DNA of 64,000 bases from positions 64,203-128,202 of the forward strand of contig DASXMJ010000191.1 of NCBI GenBank assembly GCA_036495685.1, read 5' to 3'. Under the pieces are notes generated by a model. It made no database searches and was not told where the DNA came from. It saw only the letters and a program-made list of their open reading frames with translations. Below, one piece after another: positions 36,922 to 46,071 of this stretch; the stretch's first letter is position 1; the number at the start of each line of letters is the position of its first letter. The translations under genes and the position numbers were made by a program. This stretch comes from Candidatus Binataceae bacterium (GTDB lineage: Bacteria; Desulfobacterota; Binatia; Binatales; Binataceae).

Positions 36922-38163
36922 ATGCCGGAAGATAGCTTGCTGCTCGAGAAATTTGGTCCGCTCCAGGGAGTGAAGATCGTTTCGACCGGGACCTTGATCG
37001 CACAACCGTTCGCCGCCGAGCTGGCAGCGGAGATGGGCGCCGAAGTCATCCAGGTAGAACGGCCGGTGGTTGGTGACAGTGGGTGGCGCACTATCGGAGT
37101 ACGCCTCAAGAACTCCGGGGACGGGCCCGCGGTCGCGACGACCTGGGTTCAGGAACGGCGCAACGTGTTCTGCGTGACGCTCGATTTGACGAAGCCGCGC
37201 GGCCGCGAGCTTCTGCTGAAGTTGCTCGCGCGTGCGGACATCTGGATGGAAAGCTCGAAGCCGGGGACCTATCCGAAATGGGAACTCGATGACGCGATGG
37301 TCTGGAAGGTCAATTCCAAACTGGTCATTACGCACGTGAGCGGGTTCGGACAGACCGGCGATCCAGACTACGTCATGCGTCCATCGTATGACGTGGTGGG
37401 GCAGGCGGTTGGAGGCATGATGTATCAGACCGGCTATCCCGACCCGACTCCTCCCACCCGCGCCGCGCCCTGGACGGGGGACTACGTTACCGCGTTGTTC
37501 ACGCTGTGGTCGTCATTGGCGGGTCTCACCTATGCCCGCTCGACTGGCAGGGGACAAGCGATAGACCTTGCCCAGTACGAGGCGATCCACAAGACGCTCG
37601 GCGGCACGATGGTCGAGTATTTTCAGGAAGGAGTCGTGCGCGAGCGTTCGGGCAACCGGGCACAGGGATTTCAGCCGCTCGATTCGTTTCAGGCCAAAGA
37701 CGGATGGGTCGTGATGGGTGCACTCGGGGAGGTTTATAACCGGCTGCTGACAGTTATCGGTCTGGACCCTGCGGACCCGAAGTGGCAGAGCGCGCGAACC
37801 AATCTCGAGTCGATCGAAGGAATCGAATTCGACGCGATGTTGCGCGGCTGGATCGAGGAGCGCACGGTTGCGCAGGTCGTTCATGCGATGGCCCAAGGCA
37901 AGGTGCCATGTTCGCCGATCATGACGAGCAAGGACATGGCCGAGGATCCCCAATACCGCGCCCGCCAGATGCATATCGAATGGGAGGATTTGCAGGCGGG
38001 CCGGGTGAGGGGAATCGGAATCGCGCCCAAGTTTTCCTTGACCCCGGGTAAGGTGGTGCGCGGGTCGCCGGCGGTCGGTCACGATAACCAGCGGGTGTAC
38101 GCCGAATTGCTGGGCCTGAGTGAGGCGGACTTGGAGTCGTTGAAGCGCGACGGGGTTATCTGA
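36922..38163 (+). CDS. CoA-transferase family III (CaiB/BaiF) paralog 4.
   Basis: LQGVKIVSTGTLIAQPFAAELAAEMGAEVIQVE. Confidence 0.8.
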   Translation: MPEDSLLLEKFGPLQGVKIVSTGTLIAQPFAAELAAEMGAEVIQVERPVVGDSGWRTIGVRLKNSGDGPAVATTWVQERRNVFCVTLDLTKPRGRELLLKLLARADIWMESSKPGTYPKWELDDAMVWKVNSKLVITHVSGFGQTGDPDYVMRPSYDVVGQAVGGMMYQTGYPDPTPPTRAAPWTGDYVTALFTLWSSLAGLTYARSTGRGQAIDLAQYEAIHKTLGGTMVEYFQEGVVRERSGNRAQGFQPLDSFQAKDGWVVMGALGEVYNRLLTVIGLDPADPKWQSARTNLESIEGIEFDAMLRGWIEERTVAQVVHAMAQGKVPCSPIMTSKDMAEDPQYRARQMHIEWEDLQAGRVRGIGIAPKFSLTPGKVVRGSPAVGHDNQRVYAELLGLSEADLESLKRDGVI

Positions 38164-38331
38164 GCGTGAAACCTCGCGCGCGGAGCACCAAGGGTCTCGG
38201 ATTCGGGGCAAGGTCGCCGCTGGTTGCCCAGCGACCGACCAAGCCGTACTACAAGTCGCGGTGACGCTTTCGCGTGACCGGGAGCTTTTCAAACGAAGTA
38301 CTGAACATGCTTGGCAACCAAGTGCCCGCTG

Positions 38332-39159
38332 CTAGGCCACGACTTTGCCCATAAACTTTTCTGCGCTGCGGGTGAAATCTCGCTCGTCGGGGTAACGCCC
38401 GAGGTCCAGGATGAAATAGGTCGCCCCAGCCTCCCGTTCCGCGTCGAGCTTGGCGCGAGCCGAGGCGATGTCGTCGAGCTTCATGCCGCGCCGGACTACT
38501 ATTTCGGGCTCGGGTTTGCCGGCGGCGCGCACCCGCGCGCGTAAATCCTCAACCAGAGGTTTAAGTTCCGCCGCACGCTGCATCGGATGCCATCCGTCGC
38601 CGAATTCCACGACCCGTTCCAGCGCCCTGGGGCTGCCGCCGCCAACCCAGAGGGGCGGGCGTTTTGGATGCGGTTCGAACACAAAGGCCGGAAACTTTAC
38701 CAGCTTGCCTTCATAGGCGATCGCCTCGCGATTGCCGAACAGGTGATGAAGCACGCGCAGCGTCTCGGTGGTCACTGCACCACGTTTGCGCACCTCAACC
38801 CCGAGCGCATCGAATTCCGGCTTCATCCATCCGACGCCGACCCCGAGGATCATTCTCTCGTCCGACAATTCCTGGATGGTTGCAACCTGTTTGGCAGTCA
38901 GCACCGCCGGCCGATAGGGCAGAACCAGCACCGAGACCCCGATCCGGATGCGGCTCGTCATGCCAGCCAGGTAGGCGAGCGCCGCGAGCACGTCGAGGTA
39001 GCGGCCTCCGGAGCCCTCGGTCTGATCGGGCGGAATGCAAAGATGGTCGGACACGAAGAGCGCATCGAAGCCCGTGTCTTCCGCGCTTCGTGCACAGGCG
39101 CGGAAGGTGGTGCGATTCGATTGCGGTCCCATGTTTCGAATGGCGATTCCGTACTTCAT
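38332..39159 (-). CDS. LLM-class (luciferase-like) flavin/F420-dependent oxidoreductase.
   Basis: MKYGIAIRNMGPQS...GFDALFVSDHL is the typical LLM N-terminus with a TIM-barrel-like pattern. Whether the cofactor is F420 or FMN cannot be decided from sequence. Confidence 0.8.
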   Translation of the reverse strand: MKYGIAIRNMGPQSNRTTFRACARSAEDTGFDALFVSDHLCIPPDQTEGSGGRYLDVLAALAYLAGMTSRIRIGVSVLVLPYRPAVLTAKQVATIQELSDERMILGVGVGWMKPEFDALGVEVRKRGAVTTETLRVLHHLFGNREAIAYEGKLVKFPAFVFEPHPKRPPLWVGGGSPRALERVVEFGDGWHPMQRAAELKPLVEDLRARVRAAGKPEPEIVVRRGMKLDDIASARAKLDAEREAGATYFILDLGRYPDERDFTRSAEKFMGKVVA

Positions 39160-39644
39160 GATCGGACGTCCCTCTTCGACGGCAGAGCTGGAGCTGCATC
39201 GATGGCCATGACCACCCGATCGAATTCGCGAAAGCCCAGCGATTTGTAGAACGCGCGCGCCTTGCGGTTATTTCTGGACACCTGCAGTTCGAGCGTATCG
39301 ATGCCTGATTTATGGCAGAAGGAACGCGCCAGGTCGATCAGCCGTCGCCCGATCCCAAACCGCCGCCAGCGCGCTTCGACGTACAGCTCGGTGATCATGC
39401 CTTCGAAACCGCCAAACTCGAGATCGTAGTTGAAGGTCAGCACCAGGTAGGCGACCAATCGCTCGCGGCCTTGTGCCACCCAGACCCGGCCCAATGCGGG
39501 TTTGCGAAGCAGCGTGCTCAGCGCGCCGCCAATCGTCCTGCGCTCGAAGCGGATCCGGTCGAAGCGGTAGTACGCGCCGACCAGGCCAAGGAGCTCGCGG
39601 AGATCGGATGACCGTGCGGTCCGGATGGCCGGTGGAAGTTTCAC
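39156..39644 (-). CDS. GNAT family N-acetyltransferase.
   Basis: Acetyl-CoA-binding motif region (RRFGIGRRLI) and GNAT length. Stop overlaps the LLM start (ATGA). Confidence 0.7.
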   Translation of the reverse strand: MKLPPAIRTARSSDLRELLGLVGAYYRFDRIRFERRTIGGALSTLLRKPALGRVWVAQGRERLVAYLVLTFNYDLEFGGFEGMITELYVEARWRRFGIGRRLIDLARSFCHKSGIDTLELQVSRNNRKARAFYKSLGFREFDRVVMAIDAAPALPSKRDVRS

Positions 39645-39756
39645 AAAGCTACCAACTTAAGGCGAGCACGCGGTCGCGACAAGCAGTCTTTTTAGGATCG
39701 CGGCTGGAAACCACCTCCGGTGCGCGGCACACTTGGAGGGCATCGGAGGGGGACCC

Positions 39757-40383
39757 GTGGGACGACCATCGGCGAAGGAGCGGAGACCTTACAACAGCGA
39801 CGCAATTCTGGACGTGGCGGTCCGCGTGTTCCTGGAGCGGGGATATGATGGCGCCTCGCTGGATGACGTGGCGCGGGCGGCCGGAATAACCAAGGCCAGC
39901 GTCTACTATCACGTGAGCAGCAAGGAAGAGCTGCTCGAGCGCGGGGTGGGGCGTGCGTTTGATGCGCTGCACGCCGTGCTGCAGGAGACCGCGGCGCGGC
40001 GCGGGCCGTCGCTCGAGCGCCTACGGCACATCATCAAGCGTACGATCGAAATTACCGTCACGATGCTGCCGGAAGTGGCGCTCTTGCTGCGGGTGCGCGG
40101 CAATACCCGCGCGGAACGGCGCATCGTTGAGCGTCGGCGAGAATTCGATCATCGGGCTGCGCGCTACTTTGCCGCCGCGCAGCGCGCCCACGAGATCAGG
40201 AGCGACCTGGATGCGCGGCTGGCGACGCGGCTGTTGTTCGGCATGCTCAACTCGGTAAGCGAGTGGTACCGGCCCGAGGGCGCGCTGGATGCAGCGGGCA
40301 TCGCGCGGGCGGTATTTGGGATCGTGTTCGAAGGGCTCGAGGCCCGCCGTCCACGGCGCCTTGAAAATCTACCAAAAGGTTGA
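39757..40383 (+). CDS. TetR/AcrR family transcriptional regulator.
   Basis: HTH ILDVAVRVFLERGYDGASLDDVARAAGITKASVYYHVSSKEEL. GTG 39757 follows a GGAGGGGG RBS. Confidence 0.75.
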   Translation: MGRPSAKERRPYNSDAILDVAVRVFLERGYDGASLDDVARAAGITKASVYYHVSSKEELLERGVGRAFDALHAVLQETAARRGPSLERLRHIIKRTIEITVTMLPEVALLLRVRGNTRAERRIVERRREFDHRAARYFAAAQRAHEIRSDLDARLATRLLFGMLNSVSEWYRPEGALDAAGIARAVFGIVFEGLEARRPRRLENLPKG

Positions 40384-40410
40384 TAACCTTCGATGTGTGA
40401 GGACGCAGCC

Positions 40411-41433
40411 ATGAGCGAGTTCATCATTCCCGCCGGCGGACTGATTCCGGCGCCCAAGGTCGAGCAACCCAATATCTTCCCGATGGAGTGGCGCTGCGAA
40501 ACGCCCAAGCTCCGCGAGATCTACGAGCGCGCGAAACGCGAGGGCTTCAATCCGTCCGACTTACCCTGGGAGGAACTCTCACCCGAATCCTACAGTGACG
40601 ACGAGAAGGTGGCGATCATGTACTGGTGGGCGCTGCTTTCCAACTTCGATTCCTCGGGGCCGGCGGTGTTCGCCCGCGCCACCATCCGCGCCTGGGAGGC
40701 GCACGAGGAGGACCCCGTCCGCAAGTGTTTCTTTTCCATCACCCGTGACGAAAACAACCACGAGGAGTGCTGCCGCCGCGTGATCGAGAAGCTGGTGCCC
40801 GGCGGACCGCAGGGCTTCACCCCGCGCAGCGAATTGCAGCAGGTCGCGCTCAACAATATCGACTGGCTCTACCACAACGGCGGACGCTACTGGACCGGTT
40901 ATAACCGCGCGATCGATCGTTACCCACTCGCGATCATTTTCACTTCCTTCATGATGGGGGAGGTTGCTTCTTCGACCCTGTTCCACGGAATGTCACGCGC
41001 CACGACCCATCCGGTGTTTCGCCAAGTGTTCAACGCGATCGGGCGGGATGAAGCGCGGCATCTGCAAATCTGCATAAGCCTGCTCGAAAAGCAGTGGCCG
41101 GGGCTCACCGATGAGCATCGCGAGTTCATCACCAAACAACTCCGCGCCGGCTTCGTGTTCCTGTCGATGGTGTTGTGGGAGCCGCCCAATCAGTTCTGGG
41201 ACCTGCCGGACTATTTTTTGCACAACCATCGCATTCTGCTGCGGGTCGCGCGCGAAGCGGGATTGGGAATCCTCACCTACGAGCAACAGGCAGACAATTG
41301 GCGGCTGGCGATCGCGCGGGTGCGCAAGCTCGTCGAACGATGGGGCATCCAGTTTCCGGCGATTCCCGAACTCGATATCGATGGAGTCGAGGTCGGCGAC
41401 ATTACCGCGGACGACATAATTCCGGTGTTCTGA
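40411..41433 (+). CDS. Ferritin-like di-iron carboxylate protein (acyl-ACP-desaturase / AurF-like oxygenase superfamily). Function unknown.
   Basis: Repeated E..H ligand motifs (RDENNHEE, GEVASSTLFH, RDEARH) spaced as in soluble di-iron oxygenases. No closer family recognised by eye. Confidence 0.5.
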   Translation: MSEFIIPAGGLIPAPKVEQPNIFPMEWRCETPKLREIYERAKREGFNPSDLPWEELSPESYSDDEKVAIMYWWALLSNFDSSGPAVFARATIRAWEAHEEDPVRKCFFSITRDENNHEECCRRVIEKLVPGGPQGFTPRSELQQVALNNIDWLYHNGGRYWTGYNRAIDRYPLAIIFTSFMMGEVASSTLFHGMSRATTHPVFRQVFNAIGRDEARHLQICISLLEKQWPGLTDEHREFITKQLRAGFVFLSMVLWEPPNQFWDLPDYFLHNHRILLRVAREAGLGILTYEQQADNWRLAIARVRKLVERWGIQFPAIPELDIDGVEVGDITADDIIPVF

Positions 41434-41469
41434 CCGGTTTTCTGTCCGCGCCCACCCGGAGGCAATCAC

Positions 41470-42243
41470 ATGGCGGTCGATCTGACGATTAAAGATTCGC
41501 TTGCTGAAATCGTTCTCAACCGTCCCGACAAGCTAAACGCCATCAACGAGGCGATGGCGAAGGAGTTCGTTGCCGCTTTTGAGCGGGTCGAGCGGGCCGC
41601 GGTACGAGCGCTGTTGCTGAGGGGCGAGGGCGCGGGATTCTGCGCCGGACGCGATCTGGCGGATGCCGACCCTGGCAACGAAGACGCCGAAGCCATTCTG
41701 GAAGGCATGGTCAACCCGATCATCAAGCGGATCGCTGCTTTTCCGGCGCCGACCTTTGCCGCAGTGCACGGGGCTTGCCTCGGCGTGGGGCTCGGAATGG
41801 CGCTGGCCTGCGACGTGGTGTACTGCGCGGATGACGCGAAGATAGGGTCGCCGTTCGCGCGGATTGGCGCGGTACTCGACTCGGGCGGGCACTCATTTTT
41901 TGCGGCCCGCCTGGGCTCGCATCGCGCGCTGGAGCTCATCTATACCGGCCGCCTGCTTTCCGGAGTGGAGGCGGCACAGTGGGGGCTTGTTAATCAAAGC
42001 TTGCCGAAGGAGAAGTTGGTTGAGCACGCGCGCTCGGTTGCAGCGCAGGTCGCAAAGGGGCCGACGGCCGCGTTTGCGGAATCAAAGCGGCTGATGCGGC
42101 GAATCGACGAGGAGGGTCTGGGACTCTTCGCGGTGCTGCGCTGCGAGGCTCAAGCACAGGGGGCAGCGGGGAGGACTGCGGACTACAGGGAGGGCATCGG
42201 CGCATTTCAGCAGAAGCGGCCGCCCCGGTTTGTAGGGCGGTAG
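41470..42243 (+). CDS. Enoyl-CoA hydratase/isomerase (crotonase) family.
   Basis: IVLNRPDKLNAIN, oxyanion-hole GEGAGFCAGRDL and AAVHGACLGVGLGMALACD. Confidence 0.85.
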   Translation: MAVDLTIKDSLAEIVLNRPDKLNAINEAMAKEFVAAFERVERAAVRALLLRGEGAGFCAGRDLADADPGNEDAEAILEGMVNPIIKRIAAFPAPTFAAVHGACLGVGLGMALACDVVYCADDAKIGSPFARIGAVLDSGGHSFFAARLGSHRALELIYTGRLLSGVEAAQWGLVNQSLPKEKLVEHARSVAAQVAKGPTAAFAESKRLMRRIDEEGLGLFAVLRCEAQAQGAAGRTADYREGIGAFQQKRPPRFVGR

Positions 42244-42395
42244 TGAGACCCGGACTCAGCGACGGCAACGCGAACAAAGAAAGGTCGGCTGCGCTGATGA
42301 CGGCCGAGCATCATCGCCACGCTGCTTGAGCCCTTGCGAAAAATTGCCTTAGGGCGTTCGCTCTAGCGTCCAGGGTCATGGAGCGGACAATCGGA

Positions 42396-44033
42396 TCAGC
42401 TCTTTCTCTTCGGATTGCCGTCGCGGGCTAAGCGGCGGGCAGCGTCGCCCAGCGCGCCGGCGGGGTGGAAACGGCTGTACTCCTCGGCCGTCAGGCCGCG
42501 CGCTACTTCGAGAGCTACTGACAGACCCGCCAGCACGAAGGTTTCCGCGAGCACGCTGATTCTCGGGGCCAGGCCCAGCCCGCCACCTTCCTGCCGCACT
42601 GGCGCGCAGATGACGAGATCAGCCAGCCGCGCCAGATCGGAGTTGCGATTGCCGGTTACCGCGATCAGTTCGGCGCCCTGCTCCTTGATCGCAATGGCGG
42701 CGGAACAGATCTCGGTGTTACCGCTGTTGGAAATCGCGATCACGATGTCGTGAGGATGTACCTGTCCGAGACTGCCGTGCAGGGTCTCGGTTGCGTGCAG
42801 AAAGGTGGCGGGTGTGCCGACCGAGCAGAAGAGGCTCGCCGCATACCGTGCGACGTGCTCGGGTTTGCCCACTCCGGTTACATGCACCCGGCCCCCCCGT
42901 GCCTGGACCTGCCGGATCATTTCCACGGCACGGGCGAGAGCGCCGAGGTCGAGACCACCACGGAGAATTTTTAGCTCGTCCAACGACTGCGCGAAGAATC
43001 GCTCGATTTCCCGAACCTCGTGCTCGGCCTGTTCGACCGGCGACGGCGCGCGGAACCCATCGCTGCGCACGGACTGGGTTTCGGGAAGCGTCGCGCCGTA
43101 AAGGTCGAGGATTTCGCGGCGCAGCTCGAATCGTTCCGGGAAGGCGCCGAGGCGCCTGATGCAGACCGCGCCCGCAGCGTTAGCCAGCCGTCCCGCGGCT
43201 TCCCAGGGAAGCTTCCAGCGCAGCGCAGCCAGAATTCCCGCCAGAAACGCATCTCCAGCGCCGGTCGCATCGACCTGCTTCACCCGAAACGCGGGCACCT
43301 TGAGCGCAGCATCGCGGGCCGCAATCGCGCATCCGCGATCACTCATGGTGATGATCACTGCGCGGTTGCCCCAGCGGGCGCGAATTTTCTCGGCCATCTT
43401 AAGCGGGTCGCCGTTTTTCGATTCGGCAAGGCTCGCGGCGACGGCCTTAGATGGTTTCAGTATTGTCGCGAGCCGGAGCGCACGTTCGAGATCGGCGCGC
43501 GTTCCAAGCATCTGGGCCGCGTCGGTGGCAGGAAGGTCCACGTCCAGGACGCTGGGAATTGAATGCTTGCGCGCAAAGGCCAAAATCGCATTCACAGTGG
43601 GGAGCGGCAGCTGGGAGACTTCGGTCGAGATTATTTTCGCGCGTCTCATAAAAGCGCCGTGACGGCGCTGGATTTCCTGGGGCCGTAGCTCCGCGGTCGC
43701 TCCACGCGCCATGTAGATCGCACGGTCGCCATTCGCGTCGACGATCACGGTCGCGAAGGAACTCGAACTGCCGTCGAGGGTCAGGTGCTGCGCGATGCCG
43801 AACCGATCCATCCCGGCGCGTAGGAATTCACCGTGCCCGTCATCACCCATCTTACCGAAGATGCCGGCGCTGAGTCCGAGCACGCGCGCCCAACCGAGAT
43901 GGTTGAGTACGAGGCCGCCCACCTGGGTACGCTCCACCGAGCCACCCGCGTCATGGGCGTCCAGAATGGTTTTTTCGTCGGCGGTGATGATTCGTGGAGC
44001 GCGGTAGAACAGGTCCACGACCATGCTGCCGCA
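42396..44033 (-). CDS. Fusion protein: PfkB-family sugar(-acid) kinase (N-terminal) :: SIS sugar-phosphate isomerase/binding domain (C-terminal).
   Basis: PfkB motifs (VVGCGSMVVDL, DATGAGDAFLAGILAAL). The C-terminal SIS domain (RVHVTGVGKPEHVARYAASLF...IVIAISNSGNTEICSAAI) is KpsF/GutQ-like. The start is taken at MADGKL. The ORF is open further upstream to 44243. Confidence 0.75.
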   Translation of the reverse strand, partial: CGSMVVDLFYRAPRIITADEKTILDAHDAGGSVERTQVGGLVLNHLGWARVLGLSAGIFGKMGDDGHGEFLRAGMDRFGIAQHLTLDGSSSSFATVIVDANGDRAIYMARGATAELRPQEIQRRHGAFMRRAKIISTEVSQLPLPTVNAILAFARKHSIPSVLDVDLPATDAAQMLGTRADLERALRLATILKPSKAVAASLAESKNGDPLKMAEKIRARWGNRAVIITMSDRGCAIAARDAALKVPAFRVKQVDATGAGDAFLAGILAALRWKLPWEAAGRLANAAGAVCIRRLGAFPERFELRREILDLYGATLPETQSVRSDGFRAPSPVEQAEHEVREIERFFAQSLDELKILRGGLDLGALARAVEMIRQVQARGGRVHVTGVGKPEHVARYAASLFCSVGTPATFLHATETLHGSLGQVHPHDIVIAISNSGNTEICSAAIAIKEQGAELIAVTGNRNSDLARLADLVICAPVRQEGGGLGLAPRISVLAETFVLAGLSVALEVARGLTAEEYSRFHPAGALGDAARRLARDGNPKRKS

Positions 44034-44055
44034 TCCTACGACGTCGAGTTTTCCG

Positions 44056-45210
44056 TCAGCCATGCCCGCGAAGAACTCCGGGCGCCCGCTCGAGCGCCGG
44101 ATGCGCATCATATTCACTGACCCATCCGGGCTCCAGCTGCTCGGCATTGCGCTCGAACATCCGCCCCACGCGTGCCGCGAACTCCCGTCGTTCGGCGTCC
44201 TCGAGCGATGGGGTTCCCCGGGCGACTGCATCGCTCCCAACAACGCCGAGCTCCTTCAGGGCGGCCTTGTAGCACGCGATGACGGGCACGTAAGGCTTGC
44301 GCGCGCGTTTGAAAATGCAGGCAGCGCGGAGTCGTTCGACCGCGCTGCTGTAACGGGCTATTAGCTCGCCGTTTCCGGCGCGACACACCCGCCATGCTCG
44401 CTGCCATTCGCGCGGGAGGAGGTTGGCTGGGCCCGCAACCACCCCATAGGGCATCGAACGTTGGGTTACGTAGCGGTTCCATCGATGGCGCAGCGAGCCG
44501 GCGATACCTTCTGCGGGAGCGAACAGGTCGAAAATCAGGTAGGGGTCGCCTGCATAAATTGCGAACTCATGGGAAAGCTTGAAGTGCGAAGCGGCACGGG
44601 TGTAGTTGCCCAACACCGTCTTACCGGCAGTGACTTTTACCCCGCGCACGTATTCTAGCCGTGCCATCCTCTTTACATCCCGGGTGTGGAGATGGGGCGA
44701 CTTGCCGGGCGCGGCGATGTCGGCGTTGTCATACAGGAATATCGGGATGGACCGGCCCAGTTTTTCGAACAGCCCGCCCACCTCGCGCTCCACGAAGTCG
44801 GGTGGTGAACTTGCGTCGCGAATCGAAAGCGGCGCAACGACCGCAGCATCGGAGTCGAGTTCGATGGCATACTTCAGATTTGCCAGAGTCTCAGCACCCG
44901 TGTGCGCGGTGATTCCGACCCACGCCTCGATTCGACGACCGATCGCGAGCGAGACGCGCCGGCATTCATCGACTACGATTCGCGAGACGGTCTGGCGTCC
45001 CCGATTGTCCATTCGGTCCCATTCGCCGGTCGTTCCAGCCGCGAATATAATATCTGCGCCTCGGCCTCCCTGAATGATGTACCGTACGGCGGCACGCTGT
45101 TCCTGCTCGAGCACCTCGCCCTTGGGCGACAGGATGGTGACGATCGGTGTCGAGAGGCCCGGGCGCGGTAGGTATTCGGAGATTGACTGCACCAGCCGGG
45201 ATACTATCAA
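44056..45210 (-). CDS. Dihydrodipicolinate-synthase/N-acetylneuraminate-lyase family class I aldolase (DHDPS-like), with a C-terminal extension.
   Basis: TPIVTILSPKGEVLEQEQ...IIFAAGTTGEW (GTTGE motif) and (beta/alpha)8 pattern. Schiff-base Lys region not pinpointed. TTG start. Confidence 0.7.
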   Translation of the reverse strand: MIVSRLVQSISEYLPRPGLSTPIVTILSPKGEVLEQEQRAAVRYIIQGGRGADIIFAAGTTGEWDRMDNRGRQTVSRIVVDECRRVSLAIGRRIEAWVGITAHTGAETLANLKYAIELDSDAAVVAPLSIRDASSPPDFVEREVGGLFEKLGRSIPIFLYDNADIAAPGKSPHLHTRDVKRMARLEYVRGVKVTAGKTVLGNYTRAASHFKLSHEFAIYAGDPYLIFDLFAPAEGIAGSLRHRWNRYVTQRSMPYGVVAGPANLLPREWQRAWRVCRAGNGELIARYSSAVERLRAACIFKRARKPYVPVIACYKAALKELGVVGSDAVARGTPSLEDAERREFAARVGRMFERNAEQLEPGWVSEYDAHPALERAPGVLRGHG

Positions 45211-45363
45211 ACGAAAATGGCGTGGGGCAGAGCGGAGTGCGGGGTTCCTACGCTTACCGGCTTTTTCTTCCCGGTCAGAGATGGCCGGCGGTTCTAATCC
45301 CGCGAATTCTCAGGCGCGAACGACTGTCGACCGACTCGCGTGAAGGTCGAGCTTGCGCAAAAG

Positions 45364-46071
45364 CTACAATACGGCGATGCCCATGTAGGTCTTGAAGGTC
45401 CAGCGCTTATCATTGGAGGCGAAGTTCTCTATGCGGCCCTCTATGCGAACCTGGTAGGTGCCGTTGGGAAGCGCGGCGGCCTTTGGCGGATTGTTGCTCC
45501 AAAGGGACTTCTTGCAGGCCTCGATAAACAGCTTGTCGATAATCGCCTTTCCCGAGCGCTGTTCGATAACGATTTCCCGGAGTTTGCCATCGGGTGCCAG
45601 CGTCGCGGTCAGGACCACGGGCTGGAGAGTATCCGGCAATTTTAGACGGGCGATGTCGTCATCGGTCTCTCGCAGCCGCACCTGACCCCACAGCTGGTCG
45701 AGCAGGCTTCCCGAGAAACTGGCGTATTGAGCAGCCTTGAGATTCATGAGTTGCTGGACAGCAGGCATCGCGTCGGTGCCCACGTGGCGCTGGCTCCCGG
45801 GGTTCCCCTCAAAAGCATGACCGTACGAATCGGTCTGGTTGGTGGCCTCGTATGCCGCGTGCGGATTGCTGATTTCGGCTACCGGTTTCGCGGACAGCGT
45901 CGACAAATCGTTCACGTAGTGGGGCGTCGAAGGCGCTTCGGGACCCGCGATATCAGACGGACCGCAAGCGCCAATCGAAGAGAGCAGGAATAGACTAAGG
46001 ATGAAGCGGAGCGTTCTCACTGCTACCTTTCTGGACGCCGTCGAGCGCAAGAAGCTTGGGCCGCGAGTCAT
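45364..46071 (-). CDS. Hypothetical lipoprotein (lipobox LSSIGAC) with a TonB-C-like C-terminal fold.
   Basis: Signal peptide + Cys lipobox. C-terminal segment LTATLAPDGKLREIVIEQRSGKAIIDKLFIEACKK resembles TonB-C/energy-transducer periplasmic domains. The start overlaps the upstream secreted-protein gene. Confidence 0.45.
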   Translation of the reverse strand: MTRGPSFLRSTASRKVAVRTLRFILSLFLLSSIGACGPSDIAGPEAPSTPHYVNDLSTLSAKPVAEISNPHAAYEATNQTDSYGHAFEGNPGSQRHVGTDAMPAVQQLMNLKAAQYASFSGSLLDQLWGQVRLRETDDDIARLKLPDTLQPVVLTATLAPDGKLREIVIEQRSGKAIIDKLFIEACKKSLWSNNPPKAAALPNGTYQVRIEGRIENFASNDKRWTFKTYMGIAVL

